From assembly GCA_002104905.1 (NCBI GenBank), contig MCFE01000142.1, positions 92,201 to 156,200 on the forward strand: a stretch of 64,000 nucleotides of DNA, read 5' to 3'. The notes beneath the pieces are model-generated. The model did not search any database. It was given only the letters and a program-made list of their open reading frames with translations, and had not been told where the DNA came from. The position numbers were made by a program, and so were the translations under genes. Source of the DNA: Basidiobolus meristosporus CBS 931.73 (lineage: Eukaryota > Fungi > Basidiobolomycota). Positions 37,417 through 49,787 of the stretch are shown piece after piece (position 1 is the stretch's first letter; each line of letters opens with the position of its first letter).

Positions 37417-38478
37417 TCAACATTGAGGCTCAAATGTTATGTACCGGTCCTGGCGAATCTTCCCAACTACACCTTGGTACGTGAGTTGAGCAGTGTAGCC
37501 CCTGTCGTCCCCCAGATGGATAGTGGGGATTGCGGAGCACTCACCCAGAGGCGGTCCCTGGATATTGAGCTTGGAGATATCGTTGGTATAGCAACCGTGC
37601 TTGCTCTTGTATGCCACCTGTGCTCGGTAAACCTGGGAGAGTACGAATCGGGGTACTTCCGTGGGATCTGTTTGATTCCTCTCCTGCTCATCGCCTAAGA
37701 ACACTGACCCCCACCATTCAGGATTCTGTATATCTTCGCTGTACTGCGGCGTCCAGGTGTGCCTGTATTGCTCCAATGGGGTATTGTTGTTTCTTCTACG
37801 ACTCATGCGGAATCCAAAGACGCCGAACTGAGTGGAAGGGCGCCGATTGAAGTCAAATCGACCGCGCTTTCTGTAGTCGGTTAGCAACGCATCTTGCGAG
37901 ATCGCCCATTCCAGGGTCCAGGATTTTCTGCCGGTGTTATTCCTGATGGCCAATTTGCCTTTGCCAGAGTTCACGACGGTTGTACCATGGGATTTCGGGC
38001 CTAGAGACCACTTCTCATTCGGCACCCCGCCGTCAGCTGGTGGTTTGCTCCAGGCGATCTCCTTGATATTGCCGAACGGAGTGATCTGAAGCTCTTTGTA
38101 GTTGTGGTTTGTGCGCAATGGATCGATGTAGACGCGGAAAGTGGAGTTCTTGAAATTGAACCGATCCTGTGAGCAGTCATCTACCGCATTTGGATCGAAG
38201 ATCTCCGCACCAACGTAGAAGTATTCCTCATCGTAAGTGTACTTGAATCTAGCTAGATACTCGGAGGCCACTTCCCCCCCTGCTTTTATATCGCTGAAGG
38301 GAGATGACCACGCGATCGAATCCCATATGCCATCATCCAAGTGGCCATCAATCTTTGGTGGCTTGTGAGCCGGCAATGTTGCGTAGCTCTTTGGCAACGG
38401 AAGGTCGCACCTTTTCACATTGCTTGCTGATACAAACACCACGGATATGCTGATAAGATAGAGGGCTTGACACAACAT
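37417..38478 (-). CDS. Secreted CBM9-like (DOMON-like) carbohydrate-binding protein
   Basis: Signal peptide; PPKIDGHLDDGIW, YDEEYFYVGAE, FRVYIDP, HNYKELQI, WTLEWAI, WTPQ...PEWWG; intronless. Confidence 0.8.
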   Translation of the reverse strand: MLCQALYLISISVVFVSASNVKRCDLPLPKSYATLPAHKPPKIDGHLDDGIWDSIAWSSPFSDIKAGGEVASEYLARFKYTYDEEYFYVGAEIFDPNAVDDCSQDRFNFKNSTFRVYIDPLRTNHNYKELQITPFGNIKEIAWSKPPADGGVPNEKWSLGPKSHGTTVVNSGKGKLAIRNNTGRKSWTLEWAISQDALLTDYRKRGRFDFNRRPSTQFGVFGFRMSRRRNNNTPLEQYRHTWTPQYSEDIQNPEWWGSVFLGDEQERNQTDPTEVPRFVLSQVYRAQVAYKSKHGCYTNDISKLNIQGPPLGECSAIPTIHLGDDRGYTAQLTYQGVVGKIRQDRYITFEPQC

Positions 38479-40672
38479 TGGTGGGTGTTTGGAGAGCGTT
38501 CGTTGGAGTGTAGATTGGGCTCGGTCCGTAGAAATGAGCCTGGCTTATATCTGGGAGTAACCAGCTAAAGATCATCAGCAGTGATCAGTAGGCGGCCCCC
38601 ATATGGCGGAGAACCCGTTGGAAGCGGGAATGTCTGGCTTTAAAATAGAACAGAGGGTGCCATGGATACTTCAAGCGCGGCTGAAGCGCCTCGACCCAAA
38701 TGTAAAGCCAGCAAGGCAAGGATTCGCTCTCAGTTTCGCTGGATACAAGGAAAAGCTGGCTAAAATATCAATCAGTCTCAGATGGGGAGCCACAAGATTG
38801 GATTGACATGTAAACACTGCTGAATTTGAACGAAATCTTGCGGGATCATGGGCAGTCTATGAACGGCCTTGCTGGTATTACTTGACGCGAAAGGGTCCAA
38901 CTGAGAGCACCATCGACGTCAGCTGTATAGTATGAAATGGGCACATCAGCCTCTGGATTGATCGAGGTTTGCCTACTGACTGCCAGCATCCTCTGAACAA
39001 TGGATTCGCGGCCATGCCACTTCGCAGAATGTGAGCCAGTTTTCTAATCCTAAGGACCTACCAAGGGTTTCGGAAGTGGAACGGAGAATTTGGGAAAAAT
39101 CATGGATTACTCATCTATCGTTGGACTTTGAGCTTTACAATGCTGGGCATAGAGCCGCCAGGAAAAGGGCTGACGCCCAGTTTAGTGTATCATTGAATCT
39201 TGGCATCTTGGTTCCATATCTATGGTGAAAATATGGGCCTCCGCCAAGAGTCAAATTAATTTTGGGCCAGCTCTAATTTAGGCTCAGTATAGTGTGGCCT
39301 TGATCAACCACTATATTTAACCAGTTGGTTCAGTGTGCAGCAAAAATAGCTTGATTTTTATGACCAATGAAACGTGAGATCTTCCATAAATGTGAGCTAT
39401 CATTAAATCACCAGAAGCCCCTGTTATTCCTGCTCCTATCCCTCCACTATCATTCTTACGCCGCAGGGTTCGCTCAGAATGTATGGCAATCAAAGACAAA
39501 GTACTCGGCAAAGTATACTACTGAAAATGGGCTGGCTTCTGCAACGAAGTATAGGAGTTGACATGGCTGATAGCGTGACCCTGTAAAGGGCTATCAGGAT
39601 CTTGGCGTTTCTTCATCAGCGAAGTAAACTCGAGTTTTCAATAAACGTGCAAGGCAAGGGAAACTAGCATGGTGGCACTAAATATAGCGGCCTTCTGGAC
39701 TTTCTCGAGTCCCAGCAAATTATGATAGAGGTGGGTTTCGTTAATTGGTGGGGTTTCTTGACAAAAAGTACCTGAAAGCGGTTTCAAGCATTTTATAGAG
39801 GTGCATTACCAGATTAAAATTGGATACAAGGCTAACTTTGATGACCAACAATCAAACTATAAATAGGCTCGTTACTGGCACCCAATGGCAACTCATCGGA
39901 AGGATTTGGCATGCATATTAGCTCGTGGATGGCTAAAACATCTTTCTGGTTATCAATATCCACTTGACATTAATATTACACAATGTGTCAAAATGCCCAT
40001 ATATATATATGCCGTTGATCTCTTGGAACAGTGAGTATATTTAACAAATTAGATGCAGAAGGCATGAATGAATTTAGTAGGCCCTATAGAGATATATTAA
40101 TCACTTGAAATTGCCAATATAGCTCAACATCAGTATTGATTCTGGAAGTAAATAAAGTATCCTGCAAGTATAGATAGTTATTTAGAAAGCCAGCTTTGAC
40201 TTACTAGATGATTCCACTTTGTGGAATATGAAAACAAATATACCTAGATGTTGAGGGAGGTCCCAAGAAGTTGCCTATAGATTTTGGAGTTTATCTGTAT
40301 TATGACAACATATGTTGAAGATTCTCAAAGCAAAGAAGTCTCAATAAGCTTCAAGCTGAGACAAAAGACTCTAGGCTGTAAGTAAGGCTACATAGAGCTT
40401 GCAAACTCTACTTATTAGCAGTGTACTGAAGCAAGACTACAAGCCATACTTTCTACTCACCACCTAACCAATAGCTACTATTATAGTTTCTCTAGTTACA
40501 CCAAAGTATTCACCATATTTGGTAACTTGAATTATAGTCAACTAACTTGGAGATTTTAGGACTGTTGTGCATCAACATTTAAAACTTAGCCTATTTAACT
40601 CCGTTAGAAAATATAGTACCCTAACTGATTTTCCCTAACCCAAACATAACTAATCCCAGTTATGGTTTATTT

Positions 40673-43660
40673 TGTTGTAAGAATTCGTAATTCCACCTAA
40701 ATACTCACCTAACTTAGTCACTTAGATCATTACCTTCAAATCCTAGAGAATACTGACCAAATTCCCTGTCGGGATATACTTGGAATATTTTCACCAAAAT
40801 ACCAGGTACCCAGAACATGAAAATTCTCAAAGTTGTCCAAATAGGTTCAAACTTTGCACACATGTTCTTGGGATCTTCCTTAACCTATTCTATGTGTTTG
40901 CTATGCCAAGATCATGTAAAAGTATAAATACTCCTTGTACATTCAATAAATCATTAAGTGAAAACTACATAATCTACTTGTCCTCTTAGTCACGTCCAAT
41001 ATCTCCAAGACTCTTACTACAGGTTATGAGCCCCAAGATGTCACTCTCTGCAATGTCTACTACTGCTATTACCAAAATTTTTCCCTCTGCTGAAAAGCTG
41101 GATGGATCTAGCTACCAAGTGTGGAAGGTAAAGATGAAGATGCTGCTACAAGAAGAGGCCTTTGGTATATTGTCATGGAAGAAGAATGCCCTTCTAAGAC
41201 CATGGGAGAGGAAGCCTTAAAGTACCAGAAGAAAGAACAAAGTGCCTTTAACTGCATTTGTGTTAATGATAAAGACAAATTGCTAGTTCAATGCTCAAGA
41301 GCAAAAACAGCAAAGTATGCCTGGAAGGCATTAGAAAATACCTACCAGTCATGTTCAGCTGCTAAGAAAATGTATCTGAGACAAAAATTTTTTACTACAA
41401 AGATGCTGCCAGGAGAAGAAATGAAAAATCTAATCAACAGAATTACCCTGCCGGTAGATGAGATGGAATCTGTGGGTGTACCAACTACTGATTAGGATGT
41501 GATAGTGACCATCCTGAATAGCCTGACAGACAAGTTTCAGGGCCTTGTATCAGCCCTAGAGTCCAGAACTGGAGATTTGACCTTGTATATGTATATGGAA
41601 GGCTCCTGGATGAAGAATAAAGAAATTCAAGTGCCAATAAGAAGGATGAAGAAAATGCTTTAATAAGCAATGATAACCAACAAATGAGGTACCCAAGACC
41701 CTACAAAGGCAACAAAAACCTGTTTTGCAACTACTGCAAAAGGAAAGGACACATATCAGACTGGTGTCTCAAAAAGAGAGCTGATCAGCAAAATAAGCCT
41801 GAAGATGGAAATGCTGCAACAAGTGAAGATAGACTATTCATATCTGCACTAAATATGGCCACAAACTAGGATTCTCAGATGTGGTAAAATGACCCAGGAG
41901 CATCTCAACACCTTACACACCAAAAAAACTTTTTACCCTATATCAAGAAATTCCAATTAAGAAGGTTTTCATGGGTGACAATAGAACAGTTGATGCAGTA
42001 GGAGAAGGAACTATCCAATTAAACCTAAGAAGCAGTGAAGGAAGCCATACACTGACCTTTGAAGAAGTAATCTATATACCAGAAATAGCCAAGAACCTAC
42101 TATCTGTAAGCAAGACCATAGTAGAAGAACTCAGGTGCAGCTTTGACAATTCTGGATGCAAGATCACTGATCCAAATGGTGCCCATATTGCTTTGGGTAT
42201 CAGAGATTGGAATCTATGCAAGTTGACTTTTATTCCTTCATATTTGGAAGCCAATATAAGTAACTTAAATGAATAAGCACCAATGCTTTGGCACAGGAGA
42301 TTTGAGCATATTAATTTTGATTATTTGTGCAAAATGATCAAAGATCAGCTAATTTCTGGAGTAAAAGTTAATCACCCAGCTAATTTGGAGCACTGTGAAG
42401 CCTGCATATATGGGAAACAAGCCAGACAGCTGTTCAAGAGCTCTGGGCTAATCAAAACTAAGAAAAAATTAGATCTTATTCACTCAGATATGTGTGGATC
42501 TATGCAGGGTTTATCCTTAGGCACAATGGAGTATTTGATCACTTTTATTGATGATTATACAAGATACACATGGGTCTACTTCATGGAGAGAAAGGAAGAA
42601 GCTTTGTCTAAGTTCAAGGAGTTTAAAGCCATGGTGGAGAGAGAACCTGATGAAAAATTCAAGAAAATATGCTCTGACAATGGTGAGGAATATAGCTCAA
42701 AACTCTTCATCCACTTCTGCAAAATTCATGGGATGAAGCAAGAGACTACGGTACCATACTCCCCACAGCAAAATGGAGTAGCCAAACATGTTAACAGATC
42801 AATAATTGATATGGCAAGACCAATGATCCATGACCAAAATTATCTATGATTTTTAGATGGAATCAGTTGCCACTGCTGTATACCTTAAAAATAGGAGTTA
42901 TAGCAGAATACTTCATGATCCTACTCCATTTAAAGCATGGTATGGGTACAGACCAAGTGTAGAACATCTAAGAATATTTGGGTGTACAGCATATGCTAAG
43001 AAATTGTCTAGAAATCAGTCAAAATTTGAGCCAAAAAGTGTAAAATGCATATATTTGGGCTACTGCAATGAGAGTAAAGCATACAGACTCTACAATACCA
43101 AAGCAAAGAAACTAATCAAGTCCAGGGATGTGTTGTTTGATGAAAATCCAAAATTTTCACAAAAAATGACATCAGATGATGACAAAAATCTGATCTCAAG
43201 TCCACCACCTGTCAGGATTGAATCAGAGCAAAACAATGAAAATTTTTTCACTCCAGAGGACTCAAAAACCATGGTTCAGCCTGGATCAGTGCCCAGGAAT
43301 ATCTCAAAAGTGATCATTCCAGTATCAAATGCCTGGAGATCCACTTGGACAAGAAATAGCCAAAATTACTATATCAATGAGGTTACAAATGTAGCCCATG
43401 CCTATTTAGTCCATATTGTTGAGCCCCAGACTGTGAAAGAGGCCCTCAATAGCTCTCAGACAAAATTTTGGAGATCTGCAATGACTGAGGAATATCAGGC
43501 CCTGATGAAATATCAAACTTGGGACTTGGTCAAATTACCAATCAACCAAAAATCAATTGGATGCAGATGGGTCTTCAAGACAAAATACAAGACTGATGAT
43601 ACAACTGAAAGATTCAAAGCATGACTTGTGGCCAAGGGATACTCTAAGACTCTTACAACA
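40673..43660 (+). mobile_element. Internally deleted copia (5' LTR 40673-41021, PBS, decayed gag-PR-IN, RT start fused to the last ~15 nt of the 3' LTR)
   Basis: TSD TATTT at 40668-40672 and 43661-43665; junction GGATACTCT-AAGACTCTTACAACA. Confidence 0.9.
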
Positions 43661-43904
43661 TATTTTATCACTTCTCAGAATCTATTTTTAGCTGTTACAC
43701 CTGATCATTTTCATGTGGTCATTACATCCTCAACTGATCTGCTAAGCCATTCAAAGTGATTAATCATCTGAGATCTATCCACCACTTGGCAGTTGCCAAG
43801 ACATCAGCTGATTAATGATGCAATTTCCAATTTATCTTATGCACCTATGAGCACCCCAACAGATTTCAATTAGTCCAGTCTCTTGGTGCTTACTAATTCA
43901 ACTT

Positions 43905-44252
43905 GATCAGAACAATATAAATAAAGTTTACTGAACCTTTTGGTCTAGTATGTGTCTCAACAAAGCCAAGATTGTGCCTCAGCAAAATTAAGAGTTCAAC
44001 AATTCCATTCTAGCTTCCACCCAAGCCTAGCATATCTAGCATTCCCACAAACACCAAGCCTAGCCTGTATAGCAAACTACCTCTGTTGCCTTTATAGCGC
44101 AACTCAGCTATATATCAGACCAATATTAGACCAGAACATCTCTGCCAATATTTCTGTCACTATTGAAAATTCTAAGATTCTGCACTTAGTTGTCACTCAG
44201 GCTCAGTTAACTCATTCAAGAGTTTTATTACACTTTTCTCTTGGGTACAACA
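43905..44252 (+). repeat. Solo or partial LTR of the chromoviral gypsy family
   Basis: Aligns with 14558-14923; ends TTGGGTACAACA; 5' boundary approximate. Confidence 0.75.
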
Positions 44253-44296
44253 TATTTTTTGTTGAATTCCATTACATTCAACCACTTTACAATATA

Positions 44297-44505
44297 GGCT
44301 TGTTCCATTGTGCCATTGATCATAGTGCCAGAGAGTGCTGTATATTTTGTTATTAATTTGATATTTTAGGGTCACATGCATGTCAATTCTGATGCCAAAT
44401 TGGCACTGTATAGCACCATCTGGCACTCTGTGGCATGATCAGGCACCATCTGGCATGCTATGGCACTATTGGGCACTATGATCAGCAGGAATGATGGAAC
44501 AAGTC
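44297..44505. mobile_element. MITE-like element (209 bp) with TA flanks and internal TGGCAC repeats
   Basis: Imperfect TIRs GGCTTGTTCCAT...GATCATAGTGCC / GGCACTATGATC...ATGGAACAAGTC; TA on both sides. Confidence 0.55.
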
Positions 44506-44814
44506 TATTAAGACCATCACAATGCCATGCAGCTATTGTTAGAGCACCAATTAAACCCTATCAAGTTTTATAACTGTATTTGGCAGTAAAATGAGCCAAA
44601 TGCCATTGTGATCCCACAATAAGATTTAGAAGAGGGTCATTGATTCTAAGCTGCTGGTATTTTGATGGTCTCCAAATAGGATCCTGACAGCTGATCTGGA
44701 TTGGATCCACCTGTGGGACCATATTATTTTTTAAAGGGTACTTGGCAAACAAGCAGGTATATTTGCTAGTAAGAGACTAAGCTAACTAGGATACATACTA
44801 AATCTTGCAATCAT

Positions 44815-45210
44815 CTGCACACTGTGAGTACTCAATGTAGTACCCACTCTTTGCCCAAGAGTTCTCCCAAGAGTTCCCTCCAGAGTCCTACCCAAAGTCC
44901 TCCAGTACCCTCCCTATGATTTCCCCACACGTCCTCCCCTCCTATCCCTGCCCTTATCTAGTTAGAACACTTACCATAACAGGAAGGTGTTCACACCCCT
45001 ATTTTATAACACATTGTCTATTGTCTAAGCCCCCCCCAAGTGATATATATATCTACCCAATTGAACCAGGAAGAACAACAAGATTTGGACAAAATAAACA
45101 GAAGTCTTTATTACCTTGCTACCTTCTATTGGAAGCTATTCTGAACCAAGTGGTACTGAATTGACCTACAAGCTCTCCCACCCACCAAGTACAGTCAGTA
45201 ATAACCCACA
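44815..45210 (+). repeat. 3' half of a gypsy LTR (family of 3994-6034) abutting copia RT
   Basis: Reverse complement of ~3994-4380; ends CCCACA; copia sequence resumes at 45211. Confidence 0.75.
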
Positions 45211-46399
45211 AGAAGTACCCAGACTATTACCCTAAGCCAATCCAAGTATATTCAAGATATACTAAAGAAGTACAAAATGGAAGACTGTAAACCGGCAGCC
45301 ACCCCAATGGAGACAAACCTTAACTTGGTCAAAACTCAACCAAATCAAGAGAGCTTGGTGACATCTGAAAGCCCTGACTTTCCTTATCAATCTATGATTG
45401 GCAGTCTGATGTATATCATGCTTGGAACACGTCCAGATATCTCATATTCAGTGGGAGTTGTCAGCCAACATAATCAGAACTATGGATCTGATCATATTGC
45501 AGCAGTTAAGCGGATTTTTAGATACCTAAAAGGAACTGCTGATATTTGCTTAAGATACACTTATAAGGACTCAGAACAAGATCTTGTGGGATACTCTGAT
45601 GCAGATTGGGGACAAAATTTGGAAGACAGAAGATCCACCACAGGATACACCTTTCTTTATTGTAAAGGAGCAATTTCATGGAATTCAAGAAAGCAACCAA
45701 CCGTAGCACTTTCCACCACAGAGGCAGAGTATATGGCAGCCTGTGAAGCTACAAAAGAAGCAATGTGGTTAAGAAAGCTGCTTACAGATTTAGGCCTATG
45801 TCAAAAACGCCTATTACTTTATTTCAAGATAATCAAGGATGTATACAATTAGGTAGAAATCCAACTTTTCATGCTAGAACCAAGCACATAGATATTAGAC
45901 ATCATTTCATACGTGAAGCTATAGAGAATAACTTAGTTAGCTTAGATTACTGTCCTACAGATGAAATGATTGCACACATTTTTACCAAACCATTAGCTAG
46001 AGACAAGTTTGAATATCTTAGGTCAAAATTAGGACTAGTCAGTATGAACATTTAGCTGAGTGGGAGTGTTGTAAAAAATTTGTAATTCCACCTAAATATT
46101 CACCTAACTTAGTCACTTAGATCATTACCTTCAAATCCTAGAGAATACTGACCAAATTCCTTGTCAGGATTTACTTAGAATATTTACCCAGAACATGAAA
46201 ATTAGATAAGTTGTCCAAACAGCCCCAAACTTTGCACACATGTTCTTGGGACCTTCCTTAACCTATTCTACGTGTTTGTTATGCCAAGACTTGGTAAAAG
46301 TATAAATACTACTTTTACAATCAATAAATCATTAAGTGAAAACCACATAATCTACTTGTTCTCCAAATCACTTCCAATATCTCCAAGACTCTTACAACA
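45211..46399 (+). mobile_element. Copia 3' fragment (RT end, RNaseH, PPT, LTR 46067-46399)
   Basis: ORFs 45277-45852 and 45765-46055 nearly identical to the intact copy, with one frameshift. Confidence 0.9.
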
Positions 46400-46474
46400 A
46401 GGGCTAGGGCTCTAGTGCTCTATTGGGAAATTTGCACATAGAGTGCAATCTTGAACTATGACAAAGTCATGTGA

Positions 46475-46657
46475 GTGTTGTAAGTAATAAGCTGTTACCT
46501 AAATATTCATACTAACTCAGTCACATAGATCTTTTCCTGTGATTAACATTTTGTCCTGACCAAGTTTATTGTCAGGATTTACTTATAATATTTTCACCCA
46601 ATTATTCTTGTAAGAGTCTTGGAGATATTGGAAGCAATTGGGAGAACTGGTAGATAT
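46475..46657. repeat. Jumbled copia LTR relics (decayed 5' half, then inverted 3' end)
   Basis: TGTTGTAAG...TTTTCACCCAA followed by CTTGTAAGAGTCTTGGAGATATTGG (reverse complement of the LTR end). Confidence 0.6.
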
Positions 46658-48018
46658 TGTTGTAAAAATTTGTAATTCCACCTAAATATTCACCTAACTT
46701 AGTCACTTGGATCATTATCTTCAAATCCTAGAGAATACTGACCAAATTCCTTGTTGGGATTTACTTGGGATATTTTCACCAAAACATCAGGTACCCATAG
46801 CATAAAAATTCTCAAAGCAGTCTAAACAGCCCCAAACTTTGCACACATGTTCTTGGGACCTTCCATAACCTATTCTATGTGTTTGTAATGCCAAGACCAG
46901 GTAAAAGTATAAATACTACTTTTACAATCAATTAATCATTAAGTGAAAACCACATAATCTACTTCTCCCAATCACTTCCAATATCTCCAAGACTCTTGCA
47001 ACAGGTTATGAGCCCCAAGCTGTCACTCTCTGAAATGTCTGCTACTACTATTACTGGAATTTTCCCTCTGCTGAAAAGTTGGATGGATCTAACTACCAAG
47101 TGTGGAAGGTGAAGATGAAGATGCTGCTACAAGAAAGAGGCCTCTGGGATATTGTCATGGGAGAAGAATGCCCTCCTAAAAACATGGGAGAGGAAGCCAT
47201 AAAGTATCAGAAGAAAGAACAAAGTGCCTTCAACTGCATTTGCCTTAATGTCAAGGACAAATTGCTAATTCAATGCTCAAGAGCAAAAACGGCAAAGAAT
47301 GCCTGGAAAGCATTAGAAGACACCTACCAGTCATGTTCAGCTGCCAAGAAAATGTATCTGAGACAAAAATTCTTTACTACAAAGATGCTGCCAGGAGAAG
47401 AAATGAAAAATCTAATTAACAGATTTGCCCTGCTGGTAGATGAGATGGAATCTGTGAGCGTACCAACTACTGATGAAGATGTGATAGTTACCATCCTGAA
47501 TAGCCTGACAGACAAGTTTCAGGGTCTTTTATCAGCCCTAGAGTCCAGAACTGAAGATTTGACCTTAAATTATGTACATGGAAGGCTCCTGGATGAAGAA
47601 TTAAGAAAATCAAGTGCCAATAAGAAGGAAGAAGAAAATGCTTTAATAAGCAATGATAACCAACAAAGGAGGTACCCAAGACCCTACAAAGGCAACAGCA
47701 ACCTGTTTTGCAACAACTGCAAAAGGAAAGGACACACATCAGACCGGTGTCTCAAAAAGACAGATAATAAGCAAAAGAAGCCTAAATATGGAAATGCTGC
47801 AACAACTGAAGATAGACTATTCATATCTGCACTAAATATGACCACAAACAAGGATTCTCAGACATGGTATATTGACTCTAGAGCATCTCAACACTTTACA
47901 TGCCAAAAAGAACTTTTTACCCAATATCAAGAAATTCCAATTAAGAAGGTTTTATGGGTGACAATAGAACACTTGATGCAGTGGGAGAAGGAACTATCTA
48001 AGTAAACCTTAGAAGCAG
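46658..48018 (+). mobile_element. Copia 5' fragment (LTR 46658-47003, PBS, gag, PR start), truncated at a LINE-family element
   Basis: ORF 47079-48005 matches copia gag; copia sequence stops at AGAAGCAG(T). Confidence 0.9.
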
Positions 48019-49131
48019 TTAGGGGGGGGATGATAATCACCACATGGTGAAATCTTTATTTAAATCATAAATAAAGAAGCCAAATTTGAATATGAATAGT
48101 TGAGATGCAGAAAGCCTACAAGATAAACTTGGACTTTGCTGCATCCCAAATATCCTCAATATTGAAGTTTAGAGGAGAATGTAGCAAAACTGCTTGTTCA
48201 CTGTAGTATTTCTTGAGGAAGTTTGTGACTTGAAGGGAAGGAGAGTTTTTCAACAAGCTGGTAAACCTTTTGAGGAGTTCTTTTTCCAGAGAGAATGGTA
48301 CAAAGAGTGGAATGTCCAAATGATGTCTGAATATATGCTCTGAGAGCTCCCAATCCAGCATATTTTTGACTTCTTCTGTAAAATCTTCAACAATATCTTT
48401 GTTAAGAATAACTTCCAAGAGATCCCTGGCAAAGTACTGAATGTTAATAATCTTAGGCATATGAACACCTAGAACCTTGAGGTAGTTTCTTTGTTCTGAA
48501 ATTGGGAGATAGCCAGCATTTCTGAAATAGCAAACAGCCCAATTAGCAGTGGGAGGAGTATCAGGGCTGACAGGGAATCTTCTTCTGACTTTAGGGTGCA
48601 CTGGCTTAGGTGACTGTCTTGTTGAAAGGGCAGCTGGCTTTGGATGGGCTTGAAGTGCTTGGGAGTATGTCTGAGTATGAATGGCAGGAGTTGCTGGTTG
48701 CTGACAGTGCTCAGATTGACTGGAAGAAGAGCTGGTTGAGGGGTTGCAAGGTAAGGAAGAAGCTGAAAGAGAAGTAGAGAGTGCTGGGTGAAGTTCAGAG
48801 AGAGTTTTGAAAAGAACCTGGATCTGGGATTTCAACATAGAGTTTTCAGCCTCAAGAAGTGAAACTCTTTGTTCAAGGTAAGAAGTCTGTAAAGGGTGAA
48901 TGTTGGGTAAAGACATGGAAAAGTAGATAATAAGAAGAAATGAGTAGTTGTGGTGGGAGGGTGGGAAAATAGTTAAGAAGAAAAGAGAGGAAATATTTGA
49001 AATTGAAAATCTCAGAATTTGGGGTGTAGGTGTTATAGTAAGGGCTAGGAAAAGGTTAGAAGAGCAGGGGGTCTGGGGGATGCAGTCCCCTAGAGAATAA
49101 AAAAGCAGGGGGTTTGGGGGATGCAATCCCT
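48019..49131 (-). mobile_element. ORF1-only non-LTR element sharing the 3' terminal cassette of the LINEs at 58-64 kb
   Basis: 3' end TGGCTTCTTT..AATAAAGATTTCACCATGTGGTGA..CCCCCTAA; two tandem GGG(A/G)..TGCATCCCCCA(A/G)ACCCC hairpin repeats at the 5' end (49063-49131); no RT; 5' boundary approximate. Confidence 0.7.
48116..48916 (-). CDS. LINE ORF1/Gag-like protein (266 aa): coiled coil, S/P-rich linker with TYSQAL, RRM-like domain
   Basis: Intact ORF from ATG 48916; LEQRVSLLEAENSMLKSQIQVL heptads; LKVLGVHMPKIINIQYFARDLLEVIL resembles fungal LINE ORF1 RRM-like region (recognition from memory). Confidence 0.65.
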   Translation of the reverse strand: MSLPNIHPLQTSYLEQRVSLLEAENSMLKSQIQVLFKTLSELHPALSTSLSASSLPCNPSTSSSSSQSEHCQQPATPAIHTQTYSQALQAHPKPAALSTRQSPKPVHPKVRRRFPVSPDTPPTANWAVCYFRNAGYLPISEQRNYLKVLGVHMPKIINIQYFARDLLEVILNKDIVEDFTEEVKNMLDWELSEHIFRHHLDIPLFVPFSLEKELLKRFTSLLKNSPSLQVTNFLKKYYSEQAVLLHSPLNFNIEDIWDAAKSKFIL

Positions 49132-49787
49132 CATACTGCTCCCATACTCTTTAAATCCCGTTGGATTACTTTTCTCTTATTCTTGGTACTGGTCCCTTAG
49201 GGTTAGAATTCCTCCTCCTCACTCTTATCACCCTAACCATAAATATTTTTACCCTACAATTGGCACATTGTCTGCTCATATAGTGGGCACGTCTGGGCCA
49301 ATATTTGTCTCCCTATACTGTCCATATGCTCTGTATAAGTCTTGATGACTACTTAATTAATAAATTGTTATTTTTAATGTATATCTAATAATTAATGGGA
49401 TTCATCCCAATCTGACCACAATCCCATATTTTGATAAGCTTCAGGCACTATAAATTGCACGGCCCTAATATGATAAAAAAATTCATGGCCAATACAAATT
49501 TTCTGTAACCCGATTGCCTTTACCAAATATAAAGTGTATCCCAAAGTTCAATATATATTATGGCTATAATAGAAACTTTATTTGACACCATCGCAACTAC
49601 CACTTATGTTCTATGCGCACATGTATCCCGCGGGAATTGTAAAACTTAGCCACGTGGTACAAAAGTGCTATTATTTTTCATCATGATAGTTTTACATGAG
49701 TTCCTAACGCACTTTGAAAGTACGCAGTAGCCATACCCCAACAGGTTTTAAGGATGTCCACAAGCTACATCTACTTGTGTCTAGCGG

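Noticed and set aside
48917-49126. 70-aa N-terminal extension of the ORF1-like protein in the ORF track
   Set aside because: It is the pyrimidine-rich 5' UTR and hairpin repeats read from an upstream start; the coiled-coil protein plausibly starts at ATG 48916.
49190-49240. Telomere-like hexamers (CCCTTAGGGTTAG, ACCCTAACC)
   Set aside because: Isolated single units, not an array; also seen at ~19990 and ~40635, consistent with chance.
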